Source of the DNA: Octopus vulgaris
Taxonomy: Eukaryota
Direction: 5' to 3'
Assembly: GCA_951406725.2 (NCBI GenBank)
Contig: OX597816.1
Coordinates: forward strand, 13,702,001 to 13,766,000
DNA length: 64,000 bases
In this document: positions 30,192-43,107 of the stretch, one piece after another
Numbering within the stretch: the first letter of the stretch is position 1
How the letters are laid out: each line of letters begins with the position of its first letter
Notes under the pieces: generated by a model
The model's database searches: none
What the model was told of the DNA's origin: nothing
The model's input: the letters and a program-made list of their open reading frames with translations, nothing else
Position numbers and translations under genes: made by a program

Positions 30192-30520
30192 TTGATGAAA
30201 ATGGTAAGGCAACAAAGGAATGAAAGAGACCTCGATATTTTGTAAATAGAGGAATTTATCTGTAAATGTAATATGTAACAATTATTCGGAAGCCATGATA
30301 AAACTCCGAATTTCAGATGCCGAGGTGGAAATCCACACCATCTCTTCAGTTATCCGGCCATCGGAAAAAATGCTATGAAATGACCGTTATACAAATTACT
30401 GTGTGATTGACTATTATTGACCTCACTTACCGGTCATTCAAATAGCTCTTTTGTTTTAATAACGGTCAATCACACAGTAATTTCCCTTTGTATAACAGTC
30501 ATTTTCATAGCATTTTTCCA
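30192..30520. mobile_element. Second copy of the 50.1-kb hammerhead-bearing element, with an inner inverted repeat, inserted in a SINE
   Basis: Near-identical to 50101-50285; motif at 30297-30354 (minus); inner IR about 30364-30518. Confidence 0.7.
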
Positions 30521-32955
30521 TCAGCCCAAGGCTATCATAGAAGATATTTACCCAAGGTGCCACACAGTGGGACTGAATCCCAAATCCATGTGGTTTGGGA
30601 AGCAAGCTTCTTACCACGCAGCCACGCTGTATGTGTGTATGTGCATATATACACAAATACACACATTTATACAAGTACATACATATTTATACAGATATGT
30701 GTGTGTGTATGTGTGTGTTTGTGTGTGTGGGTAACAGAGTTTATAGTTGATCATATTAATAAACGATAGTCTAATCAAGAGTTTCATGTGAAGCTACAAT
30801 CCCACACACTCATGAGATGGTTATGCTTCAAATCAATGTTGAGCAGAACTAAAAACCAATGGAAAAGCTAAATGAGTGCTGGGGAAATCCTGTACACAAA
30901 CCCATTTTTTGTGGCAATGTTCAACTTAAATCAAAAATATGCCCATCTGATGATTGGCAGAAGCCTTAGCTTTACACAAAACTCTCATAATTTGTTAATA
31001 GGGTAATCATTAAACTACGTTGTACACTTTCACCATATTCAAGCTGATCTGCATTATAAACATAAATTATATACTGTCTAATTGAATTTGGAACACCTTA
31101 TAGCATAGCTAAATCAGTTCAATGTATTTATCACATTTGATATGATAGAATAAAAATAAGTTAATACCAAAAATAAATGCCATGCTTAAACAGGTTGAAA
31201 TTATTTTTAAAAAAATCAACAACAAAACAACAATGTTATACAAAAAAAAAAAATAAAATAAAAACTATAATTCTGAGAAAGGAAAAAATACAAAAAAGAT
31301 AAAATACCGCTTATACAAAAATTCTGGAATGTTAAGGAAAAAAGAAAAAAATTTCAAATTGATATCTATATTATTATGAAACTAGAGTGTTACTCATCAT
31401 ATAATGGGTAAATTTGAATGTATTATTATTTTGATCACTTAACTAAAAGCACAAAAATCATGGTTTATATCAAATTGAAAAACCATATAAGACAGTTATT
31501 CGCATAATTAGAAGCAAGCATTCATTATTTCAGCTATTGCTTATATGTTAAATTAATAGAAAAAGCAAAAAAAAAAAAAATTTTAATCTTTAAAATCACA
31601 CCACATCTAAACTAGCAAACTATTTCAGTATGAACAAGAAAATTATATAAACTTAGAATTATTTCACTGAATATGGCAGATCAAAAAAAAAAAAAACCAG
31701 CTAAAGAAGACATCAATTTAACCTGTCACAAGAAAAAATCTTTCACAGAATCAAACTAGACAAATTATTGCAAAAAAAATTTAAAAATTGCAAAATTTTA
31801 AACTTTTATAGAAACTATACGAGAGACAGCATAATTATATAGATACTTCTCTAGGCACAGGGGTAGCTGTGCGGTAAGAGGCTTTTTTCTGAACCATATG
31901 GTTCCAGGTTCAGACCCACTGTGTGGAACCTTGGACAAGTGTTTTTTACTATGGGTGTAGGAGTGGCTGTGAGGTAAGTAGCTTGCTTACGAACCACATG
32001 GTTCTGGGTTCAGTCCCACTGTGTGCCACCTTCGGCAAGTGTGTTCTACTATAGCGTCAGGCCAACGCCACCTAAAGCCTTGTGAGCGGATTTGGTAGAT
32101 GAAAACTGAAAGAAGCCTGTCGTATGTATATATATAGGTGTGTGTATGTGTGTGTATATGTTTATCCCCCCAGTATCGCTTGACAACCTATGCTGGTGTG
32201 TTTACATCCTCATAACTTAGTGGTTCAGCAAAAGAGACTGATAGAATAAGTACTAGGCTTACAAAGAATAAGTCCTGGGGTCAATTTGCTCAACTAAAGG
32301 TGGTGCTCCAGCATGGCCACAGTCAAATGACTGAAACAAGTAAAAGAGTATAGCCGCAAGCCAACCAAAGCCTCTCAAATGGGTTTGGGAGACAGAAACT
32401 GAAAGAACTCCATCATGTGCATTTCAGTGTGTGTGTGTGTGTGTGTGTGCACGGGTGTGTGTGTGTGTGTGCAGGTGTGTTTGTCCCTCACCACCATTTG
32501 ACAACCTCTGTGTTTACATATGTAGCATGCCTGTCGTGCCTGCCTGGATTACCATGGGGGGGTGGGGTTAAACATAAACTGACTGGAAGGGACAAAGTGA
32601 ATAACCCCTTAACAGAAGTTGTGAATTGCTTAAAAGGAGCCCAACTGGTATTCGTCAACTTCTTTTTCCTTTGGGTGCTCACTGCCCACAATTAGGACTA
32701 CTAGCTCTTGCTTGTTGCTTCGGTGCCCTACACGTGGTGTTGGTATGCCTCTCTCACAGCAGGTACTTTCAGGTAATATATTCGCTCGCTCCCTTTGTGT
32801 TTATACAGTACATACCAGAATGCCACAACATCTTACAACACATCTCCAACAAAATACAAATTGCTATATTTAGTGAGTGTTAATTCGTCATTTACATGCA
32901 GCCATCACCTAATCAGTACATCACCAAGCTAAACAATCAAAACACGTCTATACTC

Positions 32956-33094
32956 CATTATTTACATTTGATGGATATTTGTCCTCATCTTGTTTGTTGT
33001 TAACACAACAGTTCGGCTGATACACCCTCCAGCCTTCATCAGGTGTTTTGGGGAAATTTCAAACCGGGATTCTCATTCCAAAGGTATTTTTCAA

Positions 33095-33131
<37 letters not shown>

Positions 33132-33406
33132 ATTATTATTATTAATATTCAGGTCACTGCCTGGAATTGAACTTGGAATCTTGGAGTTAAGAGCACAGGC
33201 TACAAACTCCAAGTTTCCAAATTCAATTCAAGGCAGTGACCTGAATAATGATTACAACGACAACAACACCCTGAAAAATACCTTAGAAATGAGAACCCAG
33301 GTACAAAATTCCCCCAAGACACCTGATGAAGGCTTGAGGGTATATCAGCCAAAACGTGTTAACAACAAACAAGATGAGGACAAATATCTGTCAAATGTAA
33401 ATAATG
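32956..33406. mobile_element. Fold-back copy of a tRNA-headed, hammerhead-bearing SINE/PLE-like element
   Basis: About 200-bp inverted arms. Each arm has RACAC-CTGATGA-A-GGCT..AGCC-GAAA-like motifs (33002-33047 minus; 33318-33360 plus). B-box-like remnants at the centre. Confidence 0.75.
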
Positions 33407-33860
33407 TAAATAATGCACATAATTCCTCGTCTCTTAAATATAGAACTGAATCTATACTTGCGAAACATCCTTGTAACTTAGTGGTTTGACAAAAGAGACC
33501 AACCAAATAAGTACCAAGCTTTTTAAAAAAATACTGGGGTGAATCCATTCAACTAAAATTCTCCAAAGAGGTGCCCCAGCATGGTAGCAGTCTAGTGACG
33601 GAAGTAGAAAAAGTAAACGATAAAATGACAGACAAATTATGAAAAAAAAAAACTGCAAAATTTTAAACTTTTATAGAAACTATACAAGTGAACACATAAT
33701 TATATAAATAGTTCTTGTACATTTCCATTATGTTTAAATCTTGTATTTTTCCCTCAACACCTGTCAATCAAAGTTGTTGAACCAGACATTTCCTTTTAAG
33801 ATTTGACAGTTAACATCTTCAAAATTCACATAACAAATATCATAATAATCAAGATATTTA

Positions 33861-34574
33861 CATTATTTACATTTGACGGATATTTGTCCTCATCTTGTTT
33901 GTTGTTAACACACCGTTTCGGCTGATATACTCTCCAGCCTGCATTAGGTTTCTTGGAGAAATTACGAACCTGGGTTCTCATTCCTAAGTTATTTTTTGAT
34001 GTTACTAATATTATTATTGAATGAGAGAGCAGTGCATGCCATCAATGTGACACTGGGGTAAAATATACGAAGCCCAGTATACCCATCATGACTACCTGTC
34101 TGATAAGGGTACACCAGGAACATGCATCACAACCATATGTGTGCGACATGGTGATCTCATATCAAGATAAACAGCACATGACCTTGCAGGTGAGGCCCAG
34201 TTAGAATTTTCTTCTGGTCGAGTAACCCATCATGTTCAAAAGGTCCCTGAATAAGGGTTGTTTAAGGATGTTGAACGAAACACCCATATTTCCAGAGGTG
34301 AATTATTCAAACCCCAAAGAATCCCTCTCAACACATGGCTATGATGCTCCCCCACTACTTCTGCTTGTGATCAGAGATGCACATATTGTCAGCCACTAAG
34401 GGACATGCTCAACTGGTTAAGGTCAAACAACTGACAAGCAAATCTGTGGTATTGAGCAGAATATTTGCTGTAGCCCATCTTTTATACCAAGACAAAACAA
34501 TGTACCTGATAACACTTCCAATCAGTTAAGATCAGAAGCCACGAGAGCCACTGCCTGGTACTGCATTAGGGCAC

Positions 34575-34611
<37 letters not shown>

Positions 34612-34748
34612 CATCATCATCATTATCACCATCATCATCATTATTATTATCATTATTATTCAGGTCACTGCCTGAAATTGAACTCGGAATTTTGGCCACA
34701 CTCTTAGCCACTAGTAGCCCGCATTCTTAACCACTACGCCATATGCCC
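33861..34748 (-). mobile_element. tRNA-headed SINE with (AAT)n spacer and 3' hammerhead-like motif, interrupted by a TAA-targeted element
   Basis: Head GGGCATATGGCGTAGTGGTTAAG...GAGTTCAATTTCAGGCAGTGACCTG at 34660-34748; degenerate hammerhead at about 33906-33951; body shared with 32956-33406. Confidence 0.7.
34021..34573 (-). mobile_element. Second full copy of the (TAA)n-targeted 550-bp element
   Basis: High identity to 8319-8872. Confidence 0.85.
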
Positions 34749-36639
34749 ATGGGCAAGATATTTAGTTGAATTATTGGGGTTTTTCTAAAGAACAACTGCT
34801 TCATCCCATGTATTTGGATTTCCTTGATATCTTGGAATCTTGTTCCTTTCCAGTAGAATTTATTTTTGGAAAGAAACACCCACTATACTCTTGGAGTGGT
34901 TGGCGTTAGGAAGGGCATCCAGCTGTAGAAACTCTGCCAGATCAAGTTTGGATCCTGGTGCAGCCGTCTGGTTCGCCAGCCCTCAGTCAAAATCATCCAA
35001 ACCATGCTAGCATGGAAAGCGGATGTTAAACGATGATGATGATGATGATGATTCTTGGCTGTAATAATCTTTAAGCCAAGCTCTTTCCACACACACACAC
35101 ACATTTTCTCTGCCATGGTCACTGATGGAACCTCTGTGGTGTGGTAAGATGACCACATTCTACATGCTTTACTTCCAAGCACTTCTATAATAAACAATGC
35201 AAGTGAGTGAGGACGTTATAACTTAGTGTGCATGCATGACAGAGTTTACGGTCAGTCTGTGCCAAGTGGCTTCAGTCTGTGTAATTTAGCTCTCTGTTCT
35301 ATAACTATAATTATTTCTTTACTACCCACAAGGGGCTAAACACAGAGAGGACAAACAAGGACAGACAAATTGATTAAGTTGATTATATCGACCCCAGTGC
35401 ATAACTGGTACTTATTTAATCGACCCCGAAAGGATGAAAGACAAACTTTACTTTGGTGGAATTTGAACTCAGAACGTAATGGCAGACGAAATACCTATTC
35501 CTTTACTACCCACAAGGGGCTAAACACAGAGGGGACAAACAAGGACAGACAAACAGATTAAGTCGATTATATCGACCCCAGTGCATAACTGGTACTTATT
35601 TAATCAACCCCGAAAGGATGAAAGGCAAAGTCGACCTCGGCGGAATTTGAACTCAGAACGTAGCGGCAGACGAAATACCACTAAGTATTTCGCCCGGTGT
35701 GCTTACGATACTGCCATCTCACCTCTGTTACTATAACAACAGCATCAATACTTTTTGATCAGACTTCATATATAGGTGTGTGTGCATGCATGCATGTGTA
35801 TGTGTTTGAGGGCAGACAAACCTTCACATATATACACTTCTCATTCATGATGTCCTTTGCGTAGCACCACTCCATGGTACCTTGGCCCACTGTCTTTACC
35901 ATAACCTCATGGCAGTCAAACATAACAGACATCATCATCATCATCATCATCATCATCGTCGTTTAATGTCTGCTTTCCATGCTAGCATGGGTTGGTTTGA
36001 ATGAGAGCTAGAGAACCAGACGGCTGCATCAGGCTCCAATCTTGATCTGGCAGAGTTTCTACAGCTGGATGCCCTTCCTAATGCCAACCACTCCGAGAGT
36101 GTAGTGGGTGCTTTTTATGTGCCACCGGCATGGGGCCAGTCAGGCGGTACTGGCAATGACCTCACTCAAAAGTGCATAGAAACCCATGGGATGGACGGCA
36201 CATGTAATACAGAGGTCCAAGCTGGCCATGATTGTATCCCATTGGTTCTACATGCGAACTATGTTAAAGGTACATGTATCTGTTGAACTATCAATGTCAT
36301 CACACATTAATTCAAAAAGCAACTCGTTCGCACGAACAAGTGACAAGACATTCATATGTGGTAACTGATTGGAGAGGCCACTATCATATATGCATATATA
36401 TATATATATATATATACATATGTAATGTGTAAAAATCACCAGGAGTTTTGGATCCATTAAATTACTGGTCGATAACCTTAGCCATGACTGTTAGATAATT
36501 ATAATAAGTGGCTTCAACTCTATATACTACTTGAAGCCATTTATAATAATCATATTATAGACACAAACATATGTATAGGTCATGTATAACTATATGTATA
36601 TAGACATACACACACACACACATATATATATGCATATAA

Positions 36640-36683
<44 letters not shown>

Positions 36684-36753
36684 GTATATACATATATATA
36701 TATACATATATATATACATATATACATATACATATATATATATACATATATAC

Positions 36754-36786
<33 letters not shown>

Positions 36787-36912
36787 AAGAACATATGTGA
36801 ATTATATACACATACATATAGGTATATATATGTATGTGTACATGAATATTCTACATATATATATTACGCACACAAACACATATGCACTCATAAATATGCA
36901 TATGTATGTATA

Positions 36913-36946
<34 letters not shown>

Positions 36947-36991
36947 AATATATACACGTATATATACATATATATACACACATAGATATAC

Positions 36992-37082
<91 letters not shown>

Positions 37083-37179
37083 TTGTTTATGTTATAATTT
37101 GTAGTCATTCTTCCAAGGGTTGTGCTGAAAAGTGAGATGGAATAATTAATCTTGTTCTCGATGGGATATCTGACATTAC

Positions 37180-37320
37180 CTCGAGCAATATCCAAGCACT
37201 GGAATGACAATTTCCAGAAATAAAATCCAGCATCACAGAACCGATTCTTCTTGACAGCGTTAAAAGCCAGTTGCTCCAAAACTTTCACAGCAGCATCCAC
37301 CAGGCCGGCTTTATGGTAGG
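37180..37320 (-). CDS. IFT122: IFT122 coding exon, 141 nt: (A)[46 protein letters not shown](D)
   Basis: Resembles human [47 protein letters not shown]; acceptor ttatag, donor GTAATG. Confidence 0.95.
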
Positions 37321-37670
37321 CTATAAATAGAAAGAAAGATAAGACATCTTCAACCACTTCCTGGTCGGTCACAATTGATTTAGTCAGAATGTTACTGGCT
37401 GTTGGCTTTCATATCTAATTAACTCTATGCTGCTACATTAGCAATTACAATTATTGTTGCTATGAAATGAAGATGGTGAGCATCCATCAAATAGATTTAT
37501 GACAGAGAAAGCATAAAAAATGGGTTTAGTGGGGATGGCGGTTACAATTTGGTGTTAGTAAATGGTGGTCAAGAAATTATTGTTTAACCTTGTTTTCCAA
37601 TCTCTGCAAATTACTAAAACTTATCTTATTTTGACCTTTCACTATTCAAACTGGCCAAATCTAGCCAAAA

Positions 37671-37878
37671 TATTCCATGCTTTTCGTATGCAAGCCGGCG
37701 GGGCTCGCTCTGAGCACTCTAATTTTTTCACAGTGAACGTACCAGCCGCCTCGGACACTCGGCGAAGAGCACCCTCGGAGGAACCGTGCGGGCCGAAACG
37801 ACCGGGAGGTGGACGTGCTACTACCGCTAAAACGCAAACGGCGACTACGCCCAATAGCGCACCCGCCTCGTGGCTCCA
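37671..37878 (-). pseudogene. 18S rRNA fragment (V4 region and 3' flank) inserted in an intron
   Basis: GC/CpG-rich island; minus strand reads ggtgctcttcgccgagtgtcc...acgttcactgtgaaaaaattagagtgctcagagcg...gcatggaata, matching the conserved 18S segment ACGTTTACTTTGAAAAAATTAGAGTGTTCAAAGC...GCATGGAATA. Confidence 0.85.
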
Positions 37879-38101
37879 GCTTCTCACACCTACCCTACGA
37901 TGTCGTTCTGAGAATAAGTAATTACAACATCAAAATCTCAAAGCTACAAGATAATGCATGAGTAATTCAAAACAATGTGAATAATTAAGCATCCCATTTG
38001 GGCCTTATGCCGAGAGTAGAAAAAAATATTTACAAATATTTTGACAATAATGATTAAAAATAAAAAAAAAAACCAAAAGAGCATAAAACATGGTATTTGA
38101 C

Positions 38102-38204
38102 CTTGTTGTGCTTCTTCAAACATATCAGCCTCCGCAAGGTACTGGGCATGAGGGATATAGACATCTTGTTTGTACTTTGGATGCTGTTCCGCAAGGGCAA
38201 ACGC
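38102..38204 (-). CDS. IFT122: IFT122 coding exon, 103 nt: [34 protein letters not shown](A)
   Basis: Resembles human [35 protein letters not shown]; acceptor ttccag, weak donor GTCAAA; phase consistent. Confidence 0.93.
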
Positions 38205-38370
38205 CTGGAAGTAAACAGTAAATACACAGAACTTTTGAAAATGTCTTTTATAAGGTTAATATATAATATATTTCTTAATAATATATTATTATTATTATTA
38301 ATATAAGAAAATTAATATCCAAACTCATCATGATGATATAGCCGTGTGAAAGAACTTATTGTATTAAAAA

Positions 38371-38765
38371 CTAGCAGTATCGCCCGGCGTTGCTGGGGTT
38401 TGTAAGGGAAATAACTATATAAGCATTTTTAGAAATGTAAAGTATAATAGCCATCTCAATATGGCTAACCATAAAGGGGGGTGTTACTGTAGCTTTTTAC
38501 ATTCTGAGATTTAATAATACGTTTTTAGAGAGTTACTTCCCTTATATAATAGCGAAAAAATGCATTAAAAATGGGAAAAAATTATGGTAAATTTTTTTTT
38601 AAATTGTAGACTCATCGTAGACGCACGCTAATACCCAGAAGGGCTCGATATGAATCACGACTATAAGATACCCGCTTTTGGTTACACTGCACCGCAAAAT
38701 GTGGGAGTAGTTAGGAATCTAAATCGTAGGAGACAGACACACAACTTCACTTTTATATATAAAGA
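38371..38765 (-). mobile_element. Non-autonomous Helitron-like element
   Basis: Minus strand starts TCTTTATATATAAA and ends with hairpin CCC..CAACGCCGGG then CTAG; A|T insertion site. Confidence 0.75.
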
Positions 38766-39169
38766 TATATATAAATAAATAAATATAAAAATATAAATAT
38801 AATGTATAAAATAAATTTGATAGTTTAAAAGTTTTGAATTAATTATTTAAGCATCTTACAATAGTTTTGCAGAAGAGTTGTCCCTATAATGACAATATTA
38901 TAAGCTCAATAATAGTTTAATACCAAAGACCCTTACTTCTTAATATGGATAATCCCTAATGAAACTGAAATAGTTCTAAGCTTATGTTAAGGATTCTAGC
39001 ATTAAGGGACAAATTATAATCAAAGAAAATTTAAACTGTTTCCTTCTCAACCACATGGTTCTCGGTTCCATCCCACTGAATGGCACCTTGGGCAAGTACC
39101 TTCTACTCTACCCCTGGACCAACCGAAGCTTTGTGAATGGATTTGGTACAGAGAAACCTATCATATATA

Positions 39170-39224
<55 letters not shown>

Positions 39225-39250
39225 AGGTTTGGAGATGATGTACAGGTATT

Positions 39251-39522
39251 ATATATTAGAAAAAATGAGGTAATCAGATCGGATGGTTCATATTTATAGA
39301 TATTTATTTATATATTACATTTTTTACATATATATCATATCATTCAGATCATATCATTCGGATTAGCGCTTTCTCCCAATTGATTTGATTTGAAAAGCCC
39401 ACTCAATTGGGAGAAAGCGCTAATCCGAATGATATGATCTGAATGATATGATATATATGTAAAAAATGTAATATATAAATAAATATCTATAAATATGAAC
39501 CATCCGATCTGATTACCTCATT

Positions 39523-39537
<15 letters not shown>
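39251..39537. repeat. Near-perfect inverted repeat (about 133-bp arms, about 19-nt loop) between (AT)n tracts
   Basis: Arms read directly from the sequence. Confidence 0.88.
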
Positions 39538-39554
<17 letters not shown>

Positions 39555-39561
<7 letters not shown>

Positions 39562-39909
39562 ATTTCGGAATGGTCATTTTGCCAGTTTAGCCAATAAAAA
39601 CACATGCACTATATATTTGGTGTTACTTTGCTTCAGTGTTATTTATTTTTTACATTAAACTTAATCTTATTTCGGCCAGAGTTCTTTCATCACACTCCTG
39701 ACGGTTAGTAAGGAGAGACACACAAATAAGAAAGAAGAAAGCAAAGGACCACTGATGCGGTCACAAGAGTGTGACGAAAGAACTCTGGCCGAAATAAGAT
39801 TAAGATTAATGTAAAAAATAAATAACACTGAAGCAAAGTAACACCAAATATATAGTGCATGTGTTTTTATTGGCTAAACTGGCAAAATGACCATTCCGAA
39901 ATACAACAA
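39555..39909. mobile_element. PLE-type fold-back with hammerhead motif (39746-39790, plus)
   Basis: About 147-bp inverted arms beside (AT)n; GGACCA-CTGATGC-G-GTCAC-aagagt-GTGAC-GAAA-GAAC-TC-TGGCC. The copy at 58008-58053 has an intact CTGATGA. Confidence 0.75.
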
Positions 39910-40031
39910 AATCTGTTTCAACAGACGATTTCACATAAAAAATCTTGCAAAACAAATATATATATATATATTCTTTTATTCTTTTATGTTTCAGCCCTCA
40001 GGCTGTGGCCATGCTTGGGTACTGCCAGTAT

Positions 40032-40071
<40 letters not shown>

Positions 40072-40149
40072 GACAGAAAGAGATAAGGATAAGGAGGATG
40101 AAGAACTTGAACATACATACTTTATGTTTATTTACAGTTGGTTTATTCA

Positions 40150-40560
40150 TAATAATTGTCTGACATGTGTTTCAATCTCATTAATTGCATATTGTTGTAT
40201 ATTTATATGCAGTGATTTATGCATCATTAGTATGATCTCTTCAGGGTGTATAAATATGACATTGTTTGAAGAGGAATTTTCCTCTCTTATCTGCCTGGAT
40301 ATTATATCCCACCTATTACTATATATATAATGAAGATTCGATTCCATTAAGTACTTAAGTTGAGGCACCAAATCAGTCTACACAGCTTGAAGTAAGGTGA
40401 ATAAAAAGCAAATCTTTGCTACTTATATATATATATTTTTTGAAAAGTGACATTTTGACCCCCTTGTAGTGACCAGCTGGGTTTGCCATTTCTAAAAGCC
40501 AAGAATCATTTACTATTGAAAGACTGACCAGCTGCAAAGATATCAAAGTGGTCATCCCTC
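40150..40560 (-). mobile_element. Degenerate Penelope-like element 3' end (GIY-YIG C-terminus-like sequence plus hammerhead core remnant)
   Basis: Frameshifted peptides (YISS..HLTS..LKYL..RWDIISR) resemble the end of a PLE endonuclease; followed by CTGAAGA-GATC..GATT-GAAA-CACATG-TC. Confidence 0.4.
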
Positions 40561-40972
40561 TTATATGTATGTAATATAATTTTTCTGAGTCTTCAGATTT
40601 TTCAGTATGCTAAGCCATTGGTTTTAAATTGATATTAATCAAATTTATATTCAATTTTTCACTCTTATTATTTTAAATTTATATACTTTTAATACTTTTT
40701 GATAGTTATATATATATTTTTTTAAATAAATAAATAAAAAATAACAATAAAAATAAAAATATATATATATATATAAAAATTTATAAAAATAAATTAATAA
40801 TTTTAAATTTTTAACTTTAATTTAAATGATTTAAATTTTAAATTTTGTATTTTTTATATATTTTGTATATTATATTAATTATTTTTATTTCTATGTTTTG
40901 GTTTATGCTTTTCACTGTTTGATTTGTCTAATAGTGGTTTTATCTCTAATTTAATTTATATATATATATATA

Positions 40973-41003
<31 letters not shown>

Positions 41004-41874
41004 TTGGATTACAGCTATGCTATACGTTGAAAGAAAATACAATTTCCCAGTAGCTTGCAAGAAGAAGATTGCAACATGACTGGACAAATGGACAAAGTTG
41101 ACAGAAGGAAGTAAGAAGAAATGAATAAAATAACAGATCTAATCCGTTGAAACAAGACAGCCGCTGAAGATGGTTCTTTGTTTAGAAATGGATAACTGGA
41201 ATGAGTGGAACTGACAGAGAGCAGGGTGACGTGAGTGACAAGATCAGGAGGGTTTAAAGGTATTATGATATTTAAACTTTATAGATACAATCCAGTCTCA
41301 GCGAAGAGATACACAAAGACAATTGGAGAATGCATTAGATTGTACTGATACAGAAGGGCAGCAGATCCAACAGAGGTGAGAGGGGTCAATTCTTCATATT
41401 CATCATCCAGAAAGAAAGATGGATGCACTTGTCTGAAATGAACTATGGCAAGCTCAGCATAATTTAATATGCAATGGAAAGGAAAATGTATCTAAACCAA
41501 AACTTATTAGCACACAAATGCTGTTAATATTTCTCTTAAAAGTTAAGACAGCAAGATGGCAGAATGTCTAGCATTCTTAGCAAAACACTTGGTGGTTTTT
41601 CGTCCATCTCTATGTTCTGAGTTCAAATTCCACTGAAGTCTAGTTTGCCTTTCATCCTTTCGGGGTCAATAAAATAAGTACCAGGTGAGTACCGGGGGTC
41701 AATGTAACCGGCATAATCTCTCCCCCAAAATTGCTGGCATTGTGCCGAAATTTGAAACCAATGTTTCTCTTAAAAGAATCAAAATATAGATCTCTGTAAA
41801 TAATATATATATATATATATATACACATATATATATATACATATATATATATACATACATATATATATACATAC

Positions 41875-41924
<50 letters not shown>

Positions 41925-42223
41925 AGGCACATGGCCTAGTGGTTAGAGCAGAGGATTTACGGTTGAGGGATTGCGGGTTCGAATCTCTGAAAGGGTGATG
42001 TGTGTGTTTATGAGTGAAACACCTAAGCTCCATGCAGCTCTGGCAGAAGGTAATGGCAAACTTCTGCTTACTCTCTCCACAACTTTCTCACTCTTTTCTC
42101 CTGCATCTTGCAACTCACCTGCAACGGACTGGCATTCCATCCAGGTGGGAAACCGGCCTTATGAGCCAGGCATGGTCCGAGAAGGGATATATATATGTGT
42201 GTGTGTGTGTGTGTGTTTTATTT

Positions 42224-42283
<60 letters not shown>

Positions 42284-42904
42284 CATATATATATCTTGTG
42301 GCTTGTGAGGGTCATCATGCCAATGACAATAACACACATGCACTGGTTCAATATCATTTCTTTATTGTTAGTCAGTTGGTTAATTAACTAACCAACTAAT
42401 TAACCAATAATTTATTTAATGTCCTCGTTAAATAATCAATCAGTTGTTGGTTGGTCAAACCAGCACATTAAACAAATAATTGGTTACTTAGTTGGTTCAA
42501 TAATTAACCAACTGACGAAAAATACAGAAGTGATAGTGAAGCAGTATGTGTGTATGTATGTGTCTAAGTGTTTTCTCCATTTATCTTCATTAACACCCTT
42601 CAGGCAAATGCGATGACATTGTTTACACTTCTGGCTGGAATATGTCTCCAGGCCCAGCGATTTCATCAGTTTTAACCATTGAAAACTGAAATATAGATTC
42701 TTTATTTAAAATATAGATAAGATCTGGTAGCTGAATGTATCCCTTAGCCATAGACGAGGTGCCTGAGCTTACCCTCGAGGTACAAGAAAGGAGACAGATC
42801 TATAGATAATTGGGGGTGGAGAGTCTTGTGGTTCATGGGGGGGGGGGGTTGGCCTAAAGTAATTTTAAATAGTGCAAAGAATGACATGTTGAATGCAGGT
42901 GACA

Positions 42905-43107
42905 TTATCATCATCATCATCGTCGTCGTCATCATCATCATTATCGTCATCGTCGTCATCATCAGCATCATCATAATCACCATCGTCGTCATCATCATCA
43001 TCATCATCATCATCATCGTCATCATCATCATCATAATCATCATCGTCGTCATCATCGTCATCATCATGATCGTCATCGTCGTTGTCATCATCAGCTCATT
43101 ATCATCA
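42905..43107. repeat. (ATC/GTC)n trinucleotide tract
   Basis: Seen directly. Confidence 0.9.

Noticed and set aside
37562-37921. GC-rich 119-aa and 81-aa ORFs, or a CpG-island promoter
   Set aside because: Explained by the 18S rRNA fragment.
41921-41995. tRNA gene-like sequence (also at 5350-5423 and 34660-34748)
   Set aside because: No acceptor stem, and it continues into a SINE body, so these are SINE heads.
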